Assembly: GCA_965248195.1 (NCBI GenBank)
Contig: CBDFIQ010000002.1
Coordinates: 448,001 to 512,000 of the forward strand
DNA length: 64,000 nucleotides
Reading direction: 5' to 3'
DNA from: Longimicrobiales bacterium
Lineage (GTDB): Bacteria > Gemmatimonadota > Gemmatimonadetes > Longimicrobiales > Gaopeijiaceae
Shown here: piece by piece, positions 49,877 to 59,418 of the stretch
Position numbering within the stretch: position 1 is the first letter of the stretch
Layout: the number at the start of each line of letters is the position of its first letter
Program-made: the position numbers and the translations under genes
The notes under the pieces: generated by a model
What the model was told of the DNA's origin: nothing
The model's database searches: none
Seen by the model: the letters and a program-made list of their open reading frames with translations, nothing else

Positions 49877-51298
49877 CTAAGGAAGGCGCCGTACCGCGAG
49901 GGCATGCGGATCGGCCATCTGCCGGCCGAGGAATTCGTTGGAAAACGGCACGATTCCCAGCAGTTCACCGCTCCTTCCAGCTTCGTCCACCCGGATGATT
50001 CCGAGTCCTGGAGTGGTCCCGTGGGCGTTGTGGGGGTCTCCGAAGATTGGGGTTGGACCGCGAAAGGTCGTGAAGACTCTATCCCCCGCGGGGGAAACAG
50101 TGAGCTGGTTGGGAGCAGGGCGTTCTGTAAACGGCCCCGTCAAGGTCACGGTGTTCACCCACTCCCCCCCGGGGAGTTCCAGCACCTCGATCACATCGAT
50201 ATGGCGGTCGACGACCCACAGGTAACGTGTACCCGGGATGACCACCATTGCCTGCGAGTCCCGCTCGCCATCGGGAGCGAAGACAAGATCGGGGGCAGGA
50301 ACGTTGGGTTCGCTCCCCGACTCGTAGCCGACAAGCGGGAAGCGATAGACCTCGAACCTGTGACTGTGAGGATACGGTAGGCCGCCCACCACCCACGCCC
50401 TGCCGACGGCTCCGGAGTTCAGGAACATGTGTCCACCGGCTTGGATCCCCCCGCAGCCGCCTTCCTTCACCATTTGCCGGTCGTATTCCGCCACGATGGA
50501 CATGGGAGTCATTCGAGCGTCCACGACGAAGAGGCCCCCGCCTCGAAGCGTGACCCAGGTGTATCGACTCTGGGCGTCAATGAAGAGGCAGACCGGCGCG
50601 TTGTCCGGTCGGAACTCTTCGGATTCCCTACGACGACCTGCAGGGGTCGTTCCCGTGGCGAGGTCCAGCGTTGCCGTGCTGTCGTGAATGAACTTGTTGG
50701 TCTCGAAATCTGTGTCTATGCGCTCGAGAAGCTTCCCGTCCTTGTTCGAAACGACCACGTAGCTTCCATCCGGAGCAGGGGCGGCCGAACGAGCCTGGCG
50801 TGCTCCTCCACGCCCGAGCGACATTCTGAAACACTCCAGCGGAGCGCGGGACTCGGCGTCGAGAATCGCCACGTGACCGCTCTGCAAGAAGGAGAGCACG
50901 GCATGGCTGCCTTCCCGATTGAAGGACAGCATGTGGGGTCGAACGGGGGCCGCCCCGGTCGCGTCCCTGCAAAGATCGGCGGTCTCTGCGCCGAGGTCCA
51001 CTCGGTTGATGGGAACCGCAGTTCCCGGGTTCTGGCCCGTGAGATCCGCTCCCTGAAATATCTGGATCGTGCCGCCGAAACCGTCTAGGTGGTTGCTGTC
51101 AGATTGGTCTACGACCCAAACCTCGTAGGTGACTTCCCCGTCGGCGCGCTCGACCAACGACTCCGTTTCCCGGGCAACTTCGTCCGCGGCCCCGCACCCA
51201 CCAACCGAGGCAAGGAAGAGGGGGGCAAGGAGGAGTGCAGCGGCTTGGCGGATGCCGCGCCGGAGGGAGCGGCAAAGGGAGTAGTGTGGAAACGCCAT
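49877..51298 (-). CDS. Beta-propeller lipoprotein (YncE-like)
   Basis: VGGC lipobox; YEVWVVDQS, RPHML, GGCGG, ADPHALAVR. Confidence 0.75.
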   Translation of the reverse strand: MAFPHYSLCRSLRRGIRQAAALLLAPLFLASVGGCGAADEVARETESLVERADGEVTYEVWVVDQSDSNHLDGFGGTIQIFQGADLTGQNPGTAVPINRVDLGAETADLCRDATGAAPVRPHMLSFNREGSHAVLSFLQSGHVAILDAESRAPLECFRMSLGRGGARQARSAAPAPDGSYVVVSNKDGKLLERIDTDFETNKFIHDSTATLDLATGTTPAGRRRESEEFRPDNAPVCLFIDAQSRYTWVTLRGGGLFVVDARMTPMSIVAEYDRQMVKEGGCGGIQAGGHMFLNSGAVGRAWVVGGLPYPHSHRFEVYRFPLVGYESGSEPNVPAPDLVFAPDGERDSQAMVVIPGTRYLWVVDRHIDVIEVLELPGGEWVNTVTLTGPFTERPAPNQLTVSPAGDRVFTTFRGPTPIFGDPHNAHGTTPGLGIIRVDEAGRSGELLGIVPFSNEFLGRQMADPHALAVRRLP

Positions 51299-51646
51299 CG
51301 ACGTTCTGCAAGAAGCGACGGGAATCGGGCTGGACGCGAAACCGGTGAAGGCGAAAGATGTAAACATCCACAAAGATCCCTTGGCATCTCGGGCCTGTCC
51401 AGTCCTATCGTTGGTCCCACGTCCATGCAACGATGCATGCCCATGCCGATGCAACCGTGCAAATGTGGGTAAGGGCGGGTGGAATCCCGCAGGGCAGCCG
51501 CGTTCACATGGCCGCAGAGGAGCTTGACCGAGGGATTGAGAAGCCGTAGCGTGCATCCGTGAAGTTGTCCGCGTTCGGGCACGTTCACGGCCTGAACCAT
51601 CCCGGGTTCTCCCTCACCCAGCCGGATCGATGCTGGAGCACACGTC

Positions 51647-53863
51647 ATGTCGACTTCCCACACCACATGGAAAAAGACTTCCAGGGGCCTCTTCTCCCTA
51701 CTAGTCGCCGTTGGGGTGGGCGTCCCACAACAGGCTTCCCTACGTGCGCAGGGAGTGGATGAGGCCCCTCAGGCCGCCTACACCGCCGAACAGGCCGAGC
51801 TCGGCGCTCGGGCCTACCAAGCCGCATGCGCGGAATGTCACTTGTCAAACCTGCAAGGCTCATTCGAAGCATCGGAATTGGCGGGTCCCAACTTTCGAAG
51901 CGCGTGGGGCAACCGGCTGGTGGTAGAGCTCCTCGAGTACGCTCGTGCGACCATGCCCACGGACACGCCGGGATCCCTCAGTGACGAGGAGTACGCGTCG
52001 ATAGTCGCCTATCTTCTCGAGGAGAATGGGGTGGCCCCGAGCGAAAATCCCCTGACCTTCTCGTCCGTGGACCAGACGGTGTTCGTAGGCCAGGTCGGAG
52101 GGCTCGCCCGCCTGGCAGTCACATATCCTGTTCCCGGTCGCCCAGGTACCGCGCCGTCGCCGCAAGGGGTGAACCGTCCGCCGGAGACGGTGGGGGAGGT
52201 CACCGAAACCGCCACAAGCGTTACCGAGACCTACCGCCCGATAGAGCGCTTCTCCCCCGTATCCGACGACGACCTGGCAGACCCACCCGCCGAGGACTGG
52301 CTTCATTGGCGCGGAAACCCTGAATCTTGGGGCTATAGTCCGCTCTCACAGATCAACAGGGGGAATGTCCATCGGTTGCAGCTTGCTTGGAGCTGGGGGA
52401 TGAAGGAGGGGACCAGTCAGCAGGCTCCGCTGGTCCGGGACGGCGTGCTCTTCCTGAGCAACCCGGGGAACGTGATCCAGGCTCTGGACGCGACGGACGG
52501 ATCTCTTCTCTGGGAATACCGGCGCCAGTTTGCTGAGGGTAGGCGCGGGGGACAACTTCGGACGTTGGCCATCTGGGAGGACCTGATCTTCGTTGCCACC
52601 GGGGATGCATTCATGGTGGCCCTGGATGCGCGGAGCGGCCAGGTGCGGTGGGAAACCCAGATCGCGGATCCGGGGAGGGGCTATTCGAACAGCACGGGGC
52701 CGATCGTAGCCGACGGCAAGGTGATCAATGGGATCAACGGCTGTGGACGGTTCTACGAAGAGAGTTGCTTTATCACGGCTCACGACGCTCGGACGGGACG
52801 TGAGCTGTGGCGTACGTATACAATCGCGCCCCCTGGTGCACCCGGAGGGGAGACGTGGGGGGACTTGCCGCTCGAGCTGCGGGGTGGGGGGGATGTCTGG
52901 ATGACCGGAAGCTGGGATCCCGAGCTAGGGTTGGTCTATTTCGGAACGGCCCAGGCGAAACCCTGGGTGCCCGTGAGCCGTGGCCTCACGGCGGCCGACT
53001 CTGTTCTATATACGAGCTCGACGCTGGCCCTGGACGTCGACGACGGCCACATCGCCTGGTATTTCCAGCATGCTCCCGCCGAGTCTCTCGATATGGACGA
53101 GGCAATGGAGCGGGTCTTGATGGACGTGGATGGGCAGCCCCTCCTGATGACAATTGGCAAGCCCGGGATTCTCTGGAAGCTGGACCGAAGGAACGGAATG
53201 TTCCTGGGGCTGGCCGAGACAGTTCATCAGAACATCTGGGAAGTGGATTCGGAGCTAGGGGCGTTGAGGTATCGGGATGACATCGCGAATGTACGGATTG
53301 GCGAGTGGGTCTCCGTTTGCCCCTCTACGGCGGGCGGTCACAACTGGCAGGCGACCGGGTACGATCCGGCAAGGCAGCTGCTCGTTATTCCGCTGAGCCA
53401 AAGCTGTATGGAGCTCTCTCCGCGGGAAGTCGTTCTCGAGCCTGGCTCTGGCGGGAACGCGGGGGACCGGGTGTGGATGGAGATGCCCGGGACGGACGGA
53501 AACTTCGGAAAGCTGGCTGCCTACGATGTGGGAACGCTGGAGGAGGTCTGGAGTCTAGAGCAGCGGGCACCGTTACTTACCGCCGCCACCACCACCGCGG
53601 GCGGGCTGGTGTTCGTCGGTGACTTCGATCGCTGGATCCGAGCCTACGACGTCGAAACGGGCGAAGAGCTCTGGGGAACGCGGCTACCGACCTCAGTCAT
53701 GGGTTTCCCCATCAGCTACGAGGTGGATGGGGTGCAGTACGTGGCCGTGGCAACAGCAAGGGGGGGAGGAAGTCCGTGGCGGATCCCCACGTTCCTAACC
53801 CCGGAGCTCGTGGGCCCGGAGGGGCACAACGCTCTATACGTCTTCCGGCTGACCGAGCCGTGA
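51647..53863 (+). CDS. Cytochrome c-PQQ dehydrogenase fusion (N-terminal heme c)
   Basis: CAECH...[31 protein letters not shown]; paralog of 28944..31070. Confidence 0.92.
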   Translation: MSTSHTTWKKTSRGLFSLLVAVGVGVPQQASLRAQGVDEAPQAAYTAEQAELGARAYQAACAECHLSNLQGSFEASELAGPNFRSAWGNRLVVELLEYARATMPTDTPGSLSDEEYASIVAYLLEENGVAPSENPLTFSSVDQTVFVGQVGGLARLAVTYPVPGRPGTAPSPQGVNRPPETVGEVTETATSVTETYRPIERFSPVSDDDLADPPAEDWLHWRGNPESWGYSPLSQINRGNVHRLQLAWSWGMKEGTSQQAPLVRDGVLFLSNPGNVIQALDATDGSLLWEYRRQFAEGRRGGQLRTLAIWEDLIFVATGDAFMVALDARSGQVRWETQIADPGRGYSNSTGPIVADGKVINGINGCGRFYEESCFITAHDARTGRELWRTYTIAPPGAPGGETWGDLPLELRGGGDVWMTGSWDPELGLVYFGTAQAKPWVPVSRGLTAADSVLYTSSTLALDVDDGHIAWYFQHAPAESLDMDEAMERVLMDVDGQPLLMTIGKPGILWKLDRRNGMFLGLAETVHQNIWEVDSELGALRYRDDIANVRIGEWVSVCPSTAGGHNWQATGYDPARQLLVIPLSQSCMELSPREVVLEPGSGGNAGDRVWMEMPGTDGNFGKLAAYDVGTLEEVWSLEQRAPLLTAATTTAGGLVFVGDFDRWIRAYDVETGEELWGTRLPTSVMGFPISYEVDGVQYVAVATARGGGSPWRIPTFLTPELVGPEGHNALYVFRLTEP

Positions 53864-54066
53864 GTGTACCGTGAGCCGTACTAAACGTGTTATTACGTGT
53901 TATTAGTGGAAACTGTAACAGATAAGTGTCTAGCCGAGGGCTGTGGGAGTATCCTTCCTACTTGACTTGCCACTCTTGCCCGGCGCACACTCCATGACAT
54001 AGGTTGCCACATGTACGCCTGGAGCAAACTATACGCGTTGAGCGAGGGCATCTGAAAGGGGATCGG

Positions 54067-55488
54067 ATGATCAAGAACATGGCTGTTGGTCACCGTCTGT
54101 CGTGGTATGCGATTGGGATCGTGCTGGCATTGGCGATCATGGGGGTGGCGCCCGTCGAGGATCTGGCAGCGCAGCAGCAGGTCGACGCCCAGGTGACTTT
54201 CGCGAAGGACGTAGCACCGATCATGCAGCAGAAGTGTCAGACCTGCCACCGACCGGGCACGGCAGCGCCGATGTCGTTCCTTACCTACGATGAAGTGAGG
54301 CCATGGGCACCCATGATCAAGGTGAGGACCGGGAACCGCAGGATGCCGCCCTGGCCTATCGACATGGGCGTCGGGATCCAAGAATTCAAGAACGACATCT
54401 CGCTCTCCGACGAAGAGATTGCGACGATCGCGGCATGGGTCGATGGAGGCGCGCCTCTCGGTAATCTGGAGGACATGCCGGAGCCGGTTGACTTTCCAGA
54501 TCCCGCGGAGCGCCGCTGGGCGTACGAGGATGTTTATGGGCGGCCACCGGACCTAGTGGTTTCGTCTGAGCCCTACATGGTCCTCGCGAACGGTCTGAAC
54601 CAGTGGCCGAGTCCGGTTACGGAAGTGACAGGACTCGATGAGGAACGGTGGATCAGGGCTGTTGGGGTGCGCCCAGGAAGTATCGACGCCGCCCGTGTGT
54701 TCCATCACGCGAATCCGTCCCTGCTTCAAGACGGTGAACGCAACGCGCTCGTGCAGTCCGCGGTGGGAACCCAAGGGTACATCTATCCGGATGATGCCGG
54801 TATGCTGATCAAGCCGGGTTCGAGCGTCCGATTTGGGATGCACTTCTATCCCATCGATAGAGATATTGAGGGAGTTCTGGAGGTCGGGCTGTGGTTCTAT
54901 CCGAAGGGAGAGACCCCGCAGTTCGAGACTCCGGGCGAGGTTCTCTACGACATCGCCCAGAACACAGGCGCCGGCTTCGACGCGGGGGGCAGGCGCGGTG
55001 AGAGCACGGATCCCCAAATCGTGCGTCGAGGTGATCTCCTCATCCCCCCGAACAGCATGGCGACGTACCGAGGGGTCTACCTGATGGACCGGCCTGCTCG
55101 GATTCACAGCCTCCGCGGGCACATGCATCTGCGGGGGAAGTATCAGATCGTGGAGGCGATCTATCCTGACGGCCGTTGGGAGGTGATCAACAAGCTCGAT
55201 TGGGATCACCCGTGGCACACCGCGTTCCTTTATGAGGACCACGCGATGCCCCTGCTGCCCAAGGGCACCATTCTCATTCTGACCTCTGTCTTCGACAATA
55301 CCTCGGACAACCCCTACAACCCCGATCCTGAACAGTGGGTGGTCGCGGGCGCTCGGACAGCAGACGAAATGTCCCACCTGCGGTTTGGCATCACGTATTT
55401 CGACAACGAGGAAGACTTCGAAAGATTGGTCGCGGAGAGGGAAGATCAGCTGAGGGAGAGGAAGCTCGCTGCGGAGGACGGCGGATGA
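54067..55488 (+). CDS. Cytochrome c fused to a type II copper monooxygenase (PHM/DBH-like) domain
   Basis: TFAKDVAPI..KCQTCH; FHHAN, MHFYP, GHMHLRG, DEMSH; signal peptide. Confidence 0.85.
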   Translation: MIKNMAVGHRLSWYAIGIVLALAIMGVAPVEDLAAQQQVDAQVTFAKDVAPIMQQKCQTCHRPGTAAPMSFLTYDEVRPWAPMIKVRTGNRRMPPWPIDMGVGIQEFKNDISLSDEEIATIAAWVDGGAPLGNLEDMPEPVDFPDPAERRWAYEDVYGRPPDLVVSSEPYMVLANGLNQWPSPVTEVTGLDEERWIRAVGVRPGSIDAARVFHHANPSLLQDGERNALVQSAVGTQGYIYPDDAGMLIKPGSSVRFGMHFYPIDRDIEGVLEVGLWFYPKGETPQFETPGEVLYDIAQNTGAGFDAGGRRGESTDPQIVRRGDLLIPPNSMATYRGVYLMDRPARIHSLRGHMHLRGKYQIVEAIYPDGRWEVINKLDWDHPWHTAFLYEDHAMPLLPKGTILILTSVFDNTSDNPYNPDPEQWVVAGARTADEMSHLRFGITYFDNEEDFERLVAEREDQLRERKLAAEDGG

Positions 55489-55673
55489 TAGCGTCGGGGT
55501 GATAGGGTTCGGTGGTGCCGACCGTTGTTCGGGGTCAGAAAGCATGGGAAGTAAGAAGGTGTGGGCGCGTCCTCGGGCGCGCCCACAAACGTAACGACGT
55601 GCAGCTATCTCGGTCCGGATGACGCTGGTAGGACGCGGGTAGTCTGATTGGCGTCTTCCTTTCTTGGGAGAGA

Positions 55674-56525
55674 GTGATGATCTCACGGTATGGGATGCTG
55701 GTTGGGGGACTCGTACTTTGCGCGAGCCCCGCAACGCTCGATGCGCAAGGAGTCGAGAACGAGTTGGGGGGGATGGAGTGGAAGCTTCAAAACCTACGTC
55801 CTTCAGGCCAGCCGGTGATCCCTCTTTTCGACGGCTATCACCAGATCGAAGACGGTACGTACGATTTCTGCTTCGGGTACTTCAACATGAACCTGGATGA
55901 AGTGATCGATATCCCAATAGGAGAGGACAACTTCATCGAGCCCGCCCGCTTCGATGGGATGCAGCCGACACACTTTCTGCAGGTGCCGGAGAGGAACCGC
56001 CGGTACTTCTGTGTCTTTACGGTGAACGTGCCCCAGGAGTTCGCGGAAGGAGAAGAGCGGGTCGTCTGGACGCTGCGCTATGATGGCCAGAGCTACTCGG
56101 TGCCGGGCCACAAGGTGTCGGTCCACTACGTTTACGAGAATCTGGAGATGACTACAGGTCGGGTGGCGCCGGTGCTCCGGTTCGTAGAGCCCTCCAGCGG
56201 TGAAGGAAGAGGTCGGTCCGGGCCAAGTGCTGGACCTGTGACGACGAGGGTCAACGAACCGCTGCCGGTGACAATTTCGGTGACGCCCCCTGAAGGGATC
56301 GATCCAAAGGCGTGGCGGGTGCTGTGGTCCCAACATCAGGGACCCGGGCGGGTCACATTCAGCCCCGAGGAGACCCGGCTTGAGGAGGGTCAGACCGAGG
56401 CGACGACCGCGGCAACCTTCACCGAACCCGGGGAGTATCTCCTGCGCTTGCAGGCGGTGGACGGCGCCTTCTCGGACCACTGCTGCTGGACGAACGGGTT
56501 CGTGGAGGTCACAGTTACGCAGTAA
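55674..56525 (+). CDS. Secreted hypothetical protein with Ig/PKD-like C-terminus
   Basis: FGYFNMN, QPTHFL, ATFTEPGEYLLRLQA, CCWTN. Confidence 0.8.
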   Translation: MMISRYGMLVGGLVLCASPATLDAQGVENELGGMEWKLQNLRPSGQPVIPLFDGYHQIEDGTYDFCFGYFNMNLDEVIDIPIGEDNFIEPARFDGMQPTHFLQVPERNRRYFCVFTVNVPQEFAEGEERVVWTLRYDGQSYSVPGHKVSVHYVYENLEMTTGRVAPVLRFVEPSSGEGRGRSGPSAGPVTTRVNEPLPVTISVTPPEGIDPKAWRVLWSQHQGPGRVTFSPEETRLEEGQTEATTAATFTEPGEYLLRLQAVDGAFSDHCCWTNGFVEVTVTQ

Positions 56526-56658
56526 GGTCTGCGCTGTGACTCACACCCTCCTGGCGTGAGACGAGGGTGAGGAACCTCGAGCACCACTTCCGACCGCCCA
56601 CTGCCGAGGGGCGTTGATGTATGGACAGCCACGAGCTCCAGAGAGGGAGTAGCAAACT

Positions 56659-57834
56659 GTGAAGCGACAGCGCGACCTGCTCCTCGGGGCGATCCTTCTT
56701 GCTCTGCTCCTCGGGCTTGGAGTGGGCCGTCGGCTCTTGAGCAGTGGCGAGGGGGAAATCACGCTGGATCTCCCGTTCGAAGGTGAAATCGAGTTCGATC
56801 CGCCCCCGGGACTTTCTTCCGACGAGCTAGCCAGTCTCTTCACCGATAATCAATACCTGATCCGCTTCATATGGCAATATGGACCGGAAGCCACCGTTCT
56901 CAAGGTCGCCGAAGCGGAGGAATATGTAGCAGTGGATTGTCATCACCGAGCCCACGAAGTGGGTCGGCTCGCCTACGCCTTGTTTGGAGCGCGGGCGCTT
57001 GCGTTCGCGGGTCATTGGTGCCAGGCGGGAGCGATGCACGGGGCGACAGAAGGCCTGCTGCTCGACCACGGGACGGACGACCTGGTTCATGACGTGGACG
57101 TGTTCTGCCAGTTCTCCCGGAACGGATTCTTCAGGCACCAGTGCCTCCACGGGATCGGGCACGGTCTGATGGCGTGGGTGGAGTACGATCTTCCCGAAGC
57201 CCTGGACCATTGCGACGTCCTGCCGGACGAGGAGGATCGAAACTCGTGCTTGTCGGGTGTATTCATGGAGAACGTTGATCGTGGGCTTTCCGGGGCCATC
57301 GAGCACCAGAGCCACTATCTGCGGGCCGACGATCCTCACTACCCTTGCACGATCCTGGAGGACAAGTATGTAGGTCCCTGCTACTTCTACCAGACATCGC
57401 ACATGTACGATGTCTTTGCGGGGGACTTCGGAGCCATCGCCAGGGAATGCGCGACGGTTCCGGAATTCGCACAGAGCATGTGCTTCCGAAGCATGGGTCG
57501 GGACGTTGGGAACCAGCTCAGAGGCCAGCCGAGGCGAGGGATCGAAGCGTGTGGGCTGGTGTCGAACAAGTCGCGCCGGTTGGACTGTCTGGAAGAGGCG
57601 GTGCAAGACCGATTCTGGGACAGGTCTGGTGCCGACGGAGCCCTGGAATTCTGCCGGCTCGTTCAGGGTGCCGACGAGAATGAGAGGTGCTATTGGAAGA
57701 TCGCTTGGCGAGCTAGTCAGCTCTTCGAAACGGAGGGGGAATTCAGAGAGTTTTGCAATAGCTTTGAAAGGGACTACCTATGGCTGTGCGAGTTCGTCCT
57801 CTTGCGGCAGGAAAGGGTCGACTGGCTCCGTTGA
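56659..57834 (+). CDS. Membrane-anchored Cys/His-rich repeat protein
   Basis: CHHRAHEVG, CQAGAMHG, CLHGIGHG and many paired Cys. Confidence 0.75.
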   Translation: MKRQRDLLLGAILLALLLGLGVGRRLLSSGEGEITLDLPFEGEIEFDPPPGLSSDELASLFTDNQYLIRFIWQYGPEATVLKVAEAEEYVAVDCHHRAHEVGRLAYALFGARALAFAGHWCQAGAMHGATEGLLLDHGTDDLVHDVDVFCQFSRNGFFRHQCLHGIGHGLMAWVEYDLPEALDHCDVLPDEEDRNSCLSGVFMENVDRGLSGAIEHQSHYLRADDPHYPCTILEDKYVGPCYFYQTSHMYDVFAGDFGAIARECATVPEFAQSMCFRSMGRDVGNQLRGQPRRGIEACGLVSNKSRRLDCLEEAVQDRFWDRSGADGALEFCRLVQGADENERCYWKIAWRASQLFETEGEFREFCNSFERDYLWLCEFVLLRQERVDWLR

Positions 57835-57837
57835 GGG

Positions 57838-58047
57838 CTCTGGCCGATCAGGTCATCGCCCGCAGGAAAGTCGTGCTCCGTGAGGCATGGACCGCTCATC
57901 CCGAGCGCTTCGTCTCCGGTGAGCCAAAGCCTAAACCACTCCCGGAGGCCGTCTGGATCAATCCTCCAAGCCCCACCCTCACTACACAGGAGATTGCTCT
58001 TTAATTGATTTCCCCATTTGTCTCATTCGGGGGGTTGACAGGCTCCG
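57838..58047 (+). pseudogene. IS3-like transposase C-terminal remnant with element end
   Basis: AHPERFV..PKP..LPEAVWINPP followed by tgtctca...ttgacaggctccg. Confidence 0.7.
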
Positions 58048-58146
58048 CTCAGGGTACATATCATGCCCTTTTCAGTAGTGCCGGGGGACCGCGGCACAGT
58101 GCCGTAGGCACCCCCGGACGGATCGACATTTCGGCCGGGAGGGCTG

Positions 58147-59358
58147 ATGGACCTGCGACGTGGATTGAGCATAGGTGTGGGTTTGGCAGTGCTAGCCGTT
58201 GCCGTGTGGCTCGGGCAACGGGCCCTTCAGGACGCCGAGGCGCAGATGGTGGAAGCGCCTTACTTCGAAGTCGATCCTTTTTGGCCGAAGCCCCTTCCGG
58301 ACAACTGGCGGATCGGATCGGCGATCGGTGTTTGGGCGGACGGCCAAGACAATATTTGGATCATTCACCGCAGCTCGGCGAGTCTGGGCAACAATGAGCG
58401 GGCGGCCGAACTTGATCCTCCGGATGGAGAATGCTGTGTTGGGGCTCCTCCGGTCTTAGCGTTCAATCAAGAGGGCGACCTGTTGCACGCCTGGGGCGGT
58501 CCTGGAGAGGGCTTTGATTGGCCCCAATCCAATCACGGGATCTTCGTGGATCACATGGGATACGTGTGGATCGGTGCGAACGGGGGAGGCGACTCTCATA
58601 TCCTCAAGTTCACGCAGGACGGCCAATTCCTCGCTCAGTACGGCAAGCCGGAAGCTAGGCAGACAGGCCCCGATGGAGCGTACGTGCCCGACAGCCACGA
58701 CCCGGAGAGCTTCGGTAGGCCTGCCAAGATCTTCGTGGATGCTGACGCCAACGAAACGTATGTGGCGGACGGATATTTCAATCGCAGGGTGGCGGTGCTC
58801 GATGCGAGCACCGGAGAGATGAAGCGCTATTGGGGCGCTTACGGCAATGAGCCCGATGACGACGCTGCCCGGAGTCTGGGTCCGCAGGGGATGGATGATC
58901 AAAACCCGCCTCAGCAGTTCCGGGGCCCCGTGCACTGCGTCATGGTTTCCAACGACGATCTCGTCTACGTCTGCGACCGGGGAGGCGACCGGGTCCAGGT
59001 CTTTCAGGAGGACGGCACGTTCGTTCAGGAAGCGTTTTTCGCGCCGTTCACCCTAAGGTCTGGCTCTGCCTGGGACCTTGCCTTCTCGAGTGATCCGGAA
59101 CAGCGGTATATCTTCATCGCGGACGGTGTGAATGAGAAGGTTCGCGTTGTCGAACGTGAGACGTTGGAGCTGGTGACGGAATTCGGTGGCGGTGGACGCC
59201 AACCAGGTCAGTGGTACGGCGTGCATAGCATTGCCTCGGATTCTCAGGGTAACCTATATACGACAGAGACCTACGAAGGTAAGAGGGTTCAGAGATTCGT
59301 ATATATGGGGATGCGGTCGGTGGCGCGGCAGCAGGGTGTTCCCTGGCCCAGCCAGTGA
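58147..59358 (+). CDS. NHL-repeat protein, peptidyl-alpha-hydroxyglycine alpha-amidating lyase (PAL)-like
   Basis: FEVDPFWPKPLP; NHGIFVD, VADGYFNRRV, VHCV, CDRGGDRVQ, VHSIASD. Confidence 0.85.
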   Translation: MDLRRGLSIGVGLAVLAVAVWLGQRALQDAEAQMVEAPYFEVDPFWPKPLPDNWRIGSAIGVWADGQDNIWIIHRSSASLGNNERAAELDPPDGECCVGAPPVLAFNQEGDLLHAWGGPGEGFDWPQSNHGIFVDHMGYVWIGANGGGDSHILKFTQDGQFLAQYGKPEARQTGPDGAYVPDSHDPESFGRPAKIFVDADANETYVADGYFNRRVAVLDASTGEMKRYWGAYGNEPDDDAARSLGPQGMDDQNPPQQFRGPVHCVMVSNDDLVYVCDRGGDRVQVFQEDGTFVQEAFFAPFTLRSGSAWDLAFSSDPEQRYIFIADGVNEKVRVVERETLELVTEFGGGGRQPGQWYGVHSIASDSQGNLYTTETYEGKRVQRFVYMGMRSVARQQGVPWPSQ

Positions 59359-59418
59359 AATTTCTGGTCGTAGAGTATCGTTGCGGAATTGATTCTTCCG
59401 ATCCATAAGGAGAGAACA

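Noticed and set aside
49851..49878. 14-bp tandem duplication CGGGAAAGCCCTCT
   Set aside because: Isolated slippage-type duplication at a gene end
28944..53863. Lanthanide dependence of the PQQ enzymes inferred from DxD motifs (LDLDE, LDMDE)
   Set aside because: DxD also occurs in non-lanthanide PQQ clades; cannot be decided without alignment or structure
53885..53904. ACGTGTTATT x2 direct repeat
   Set aside because: Could be an operator or arm site, but it is a single occurrence with no supporting context
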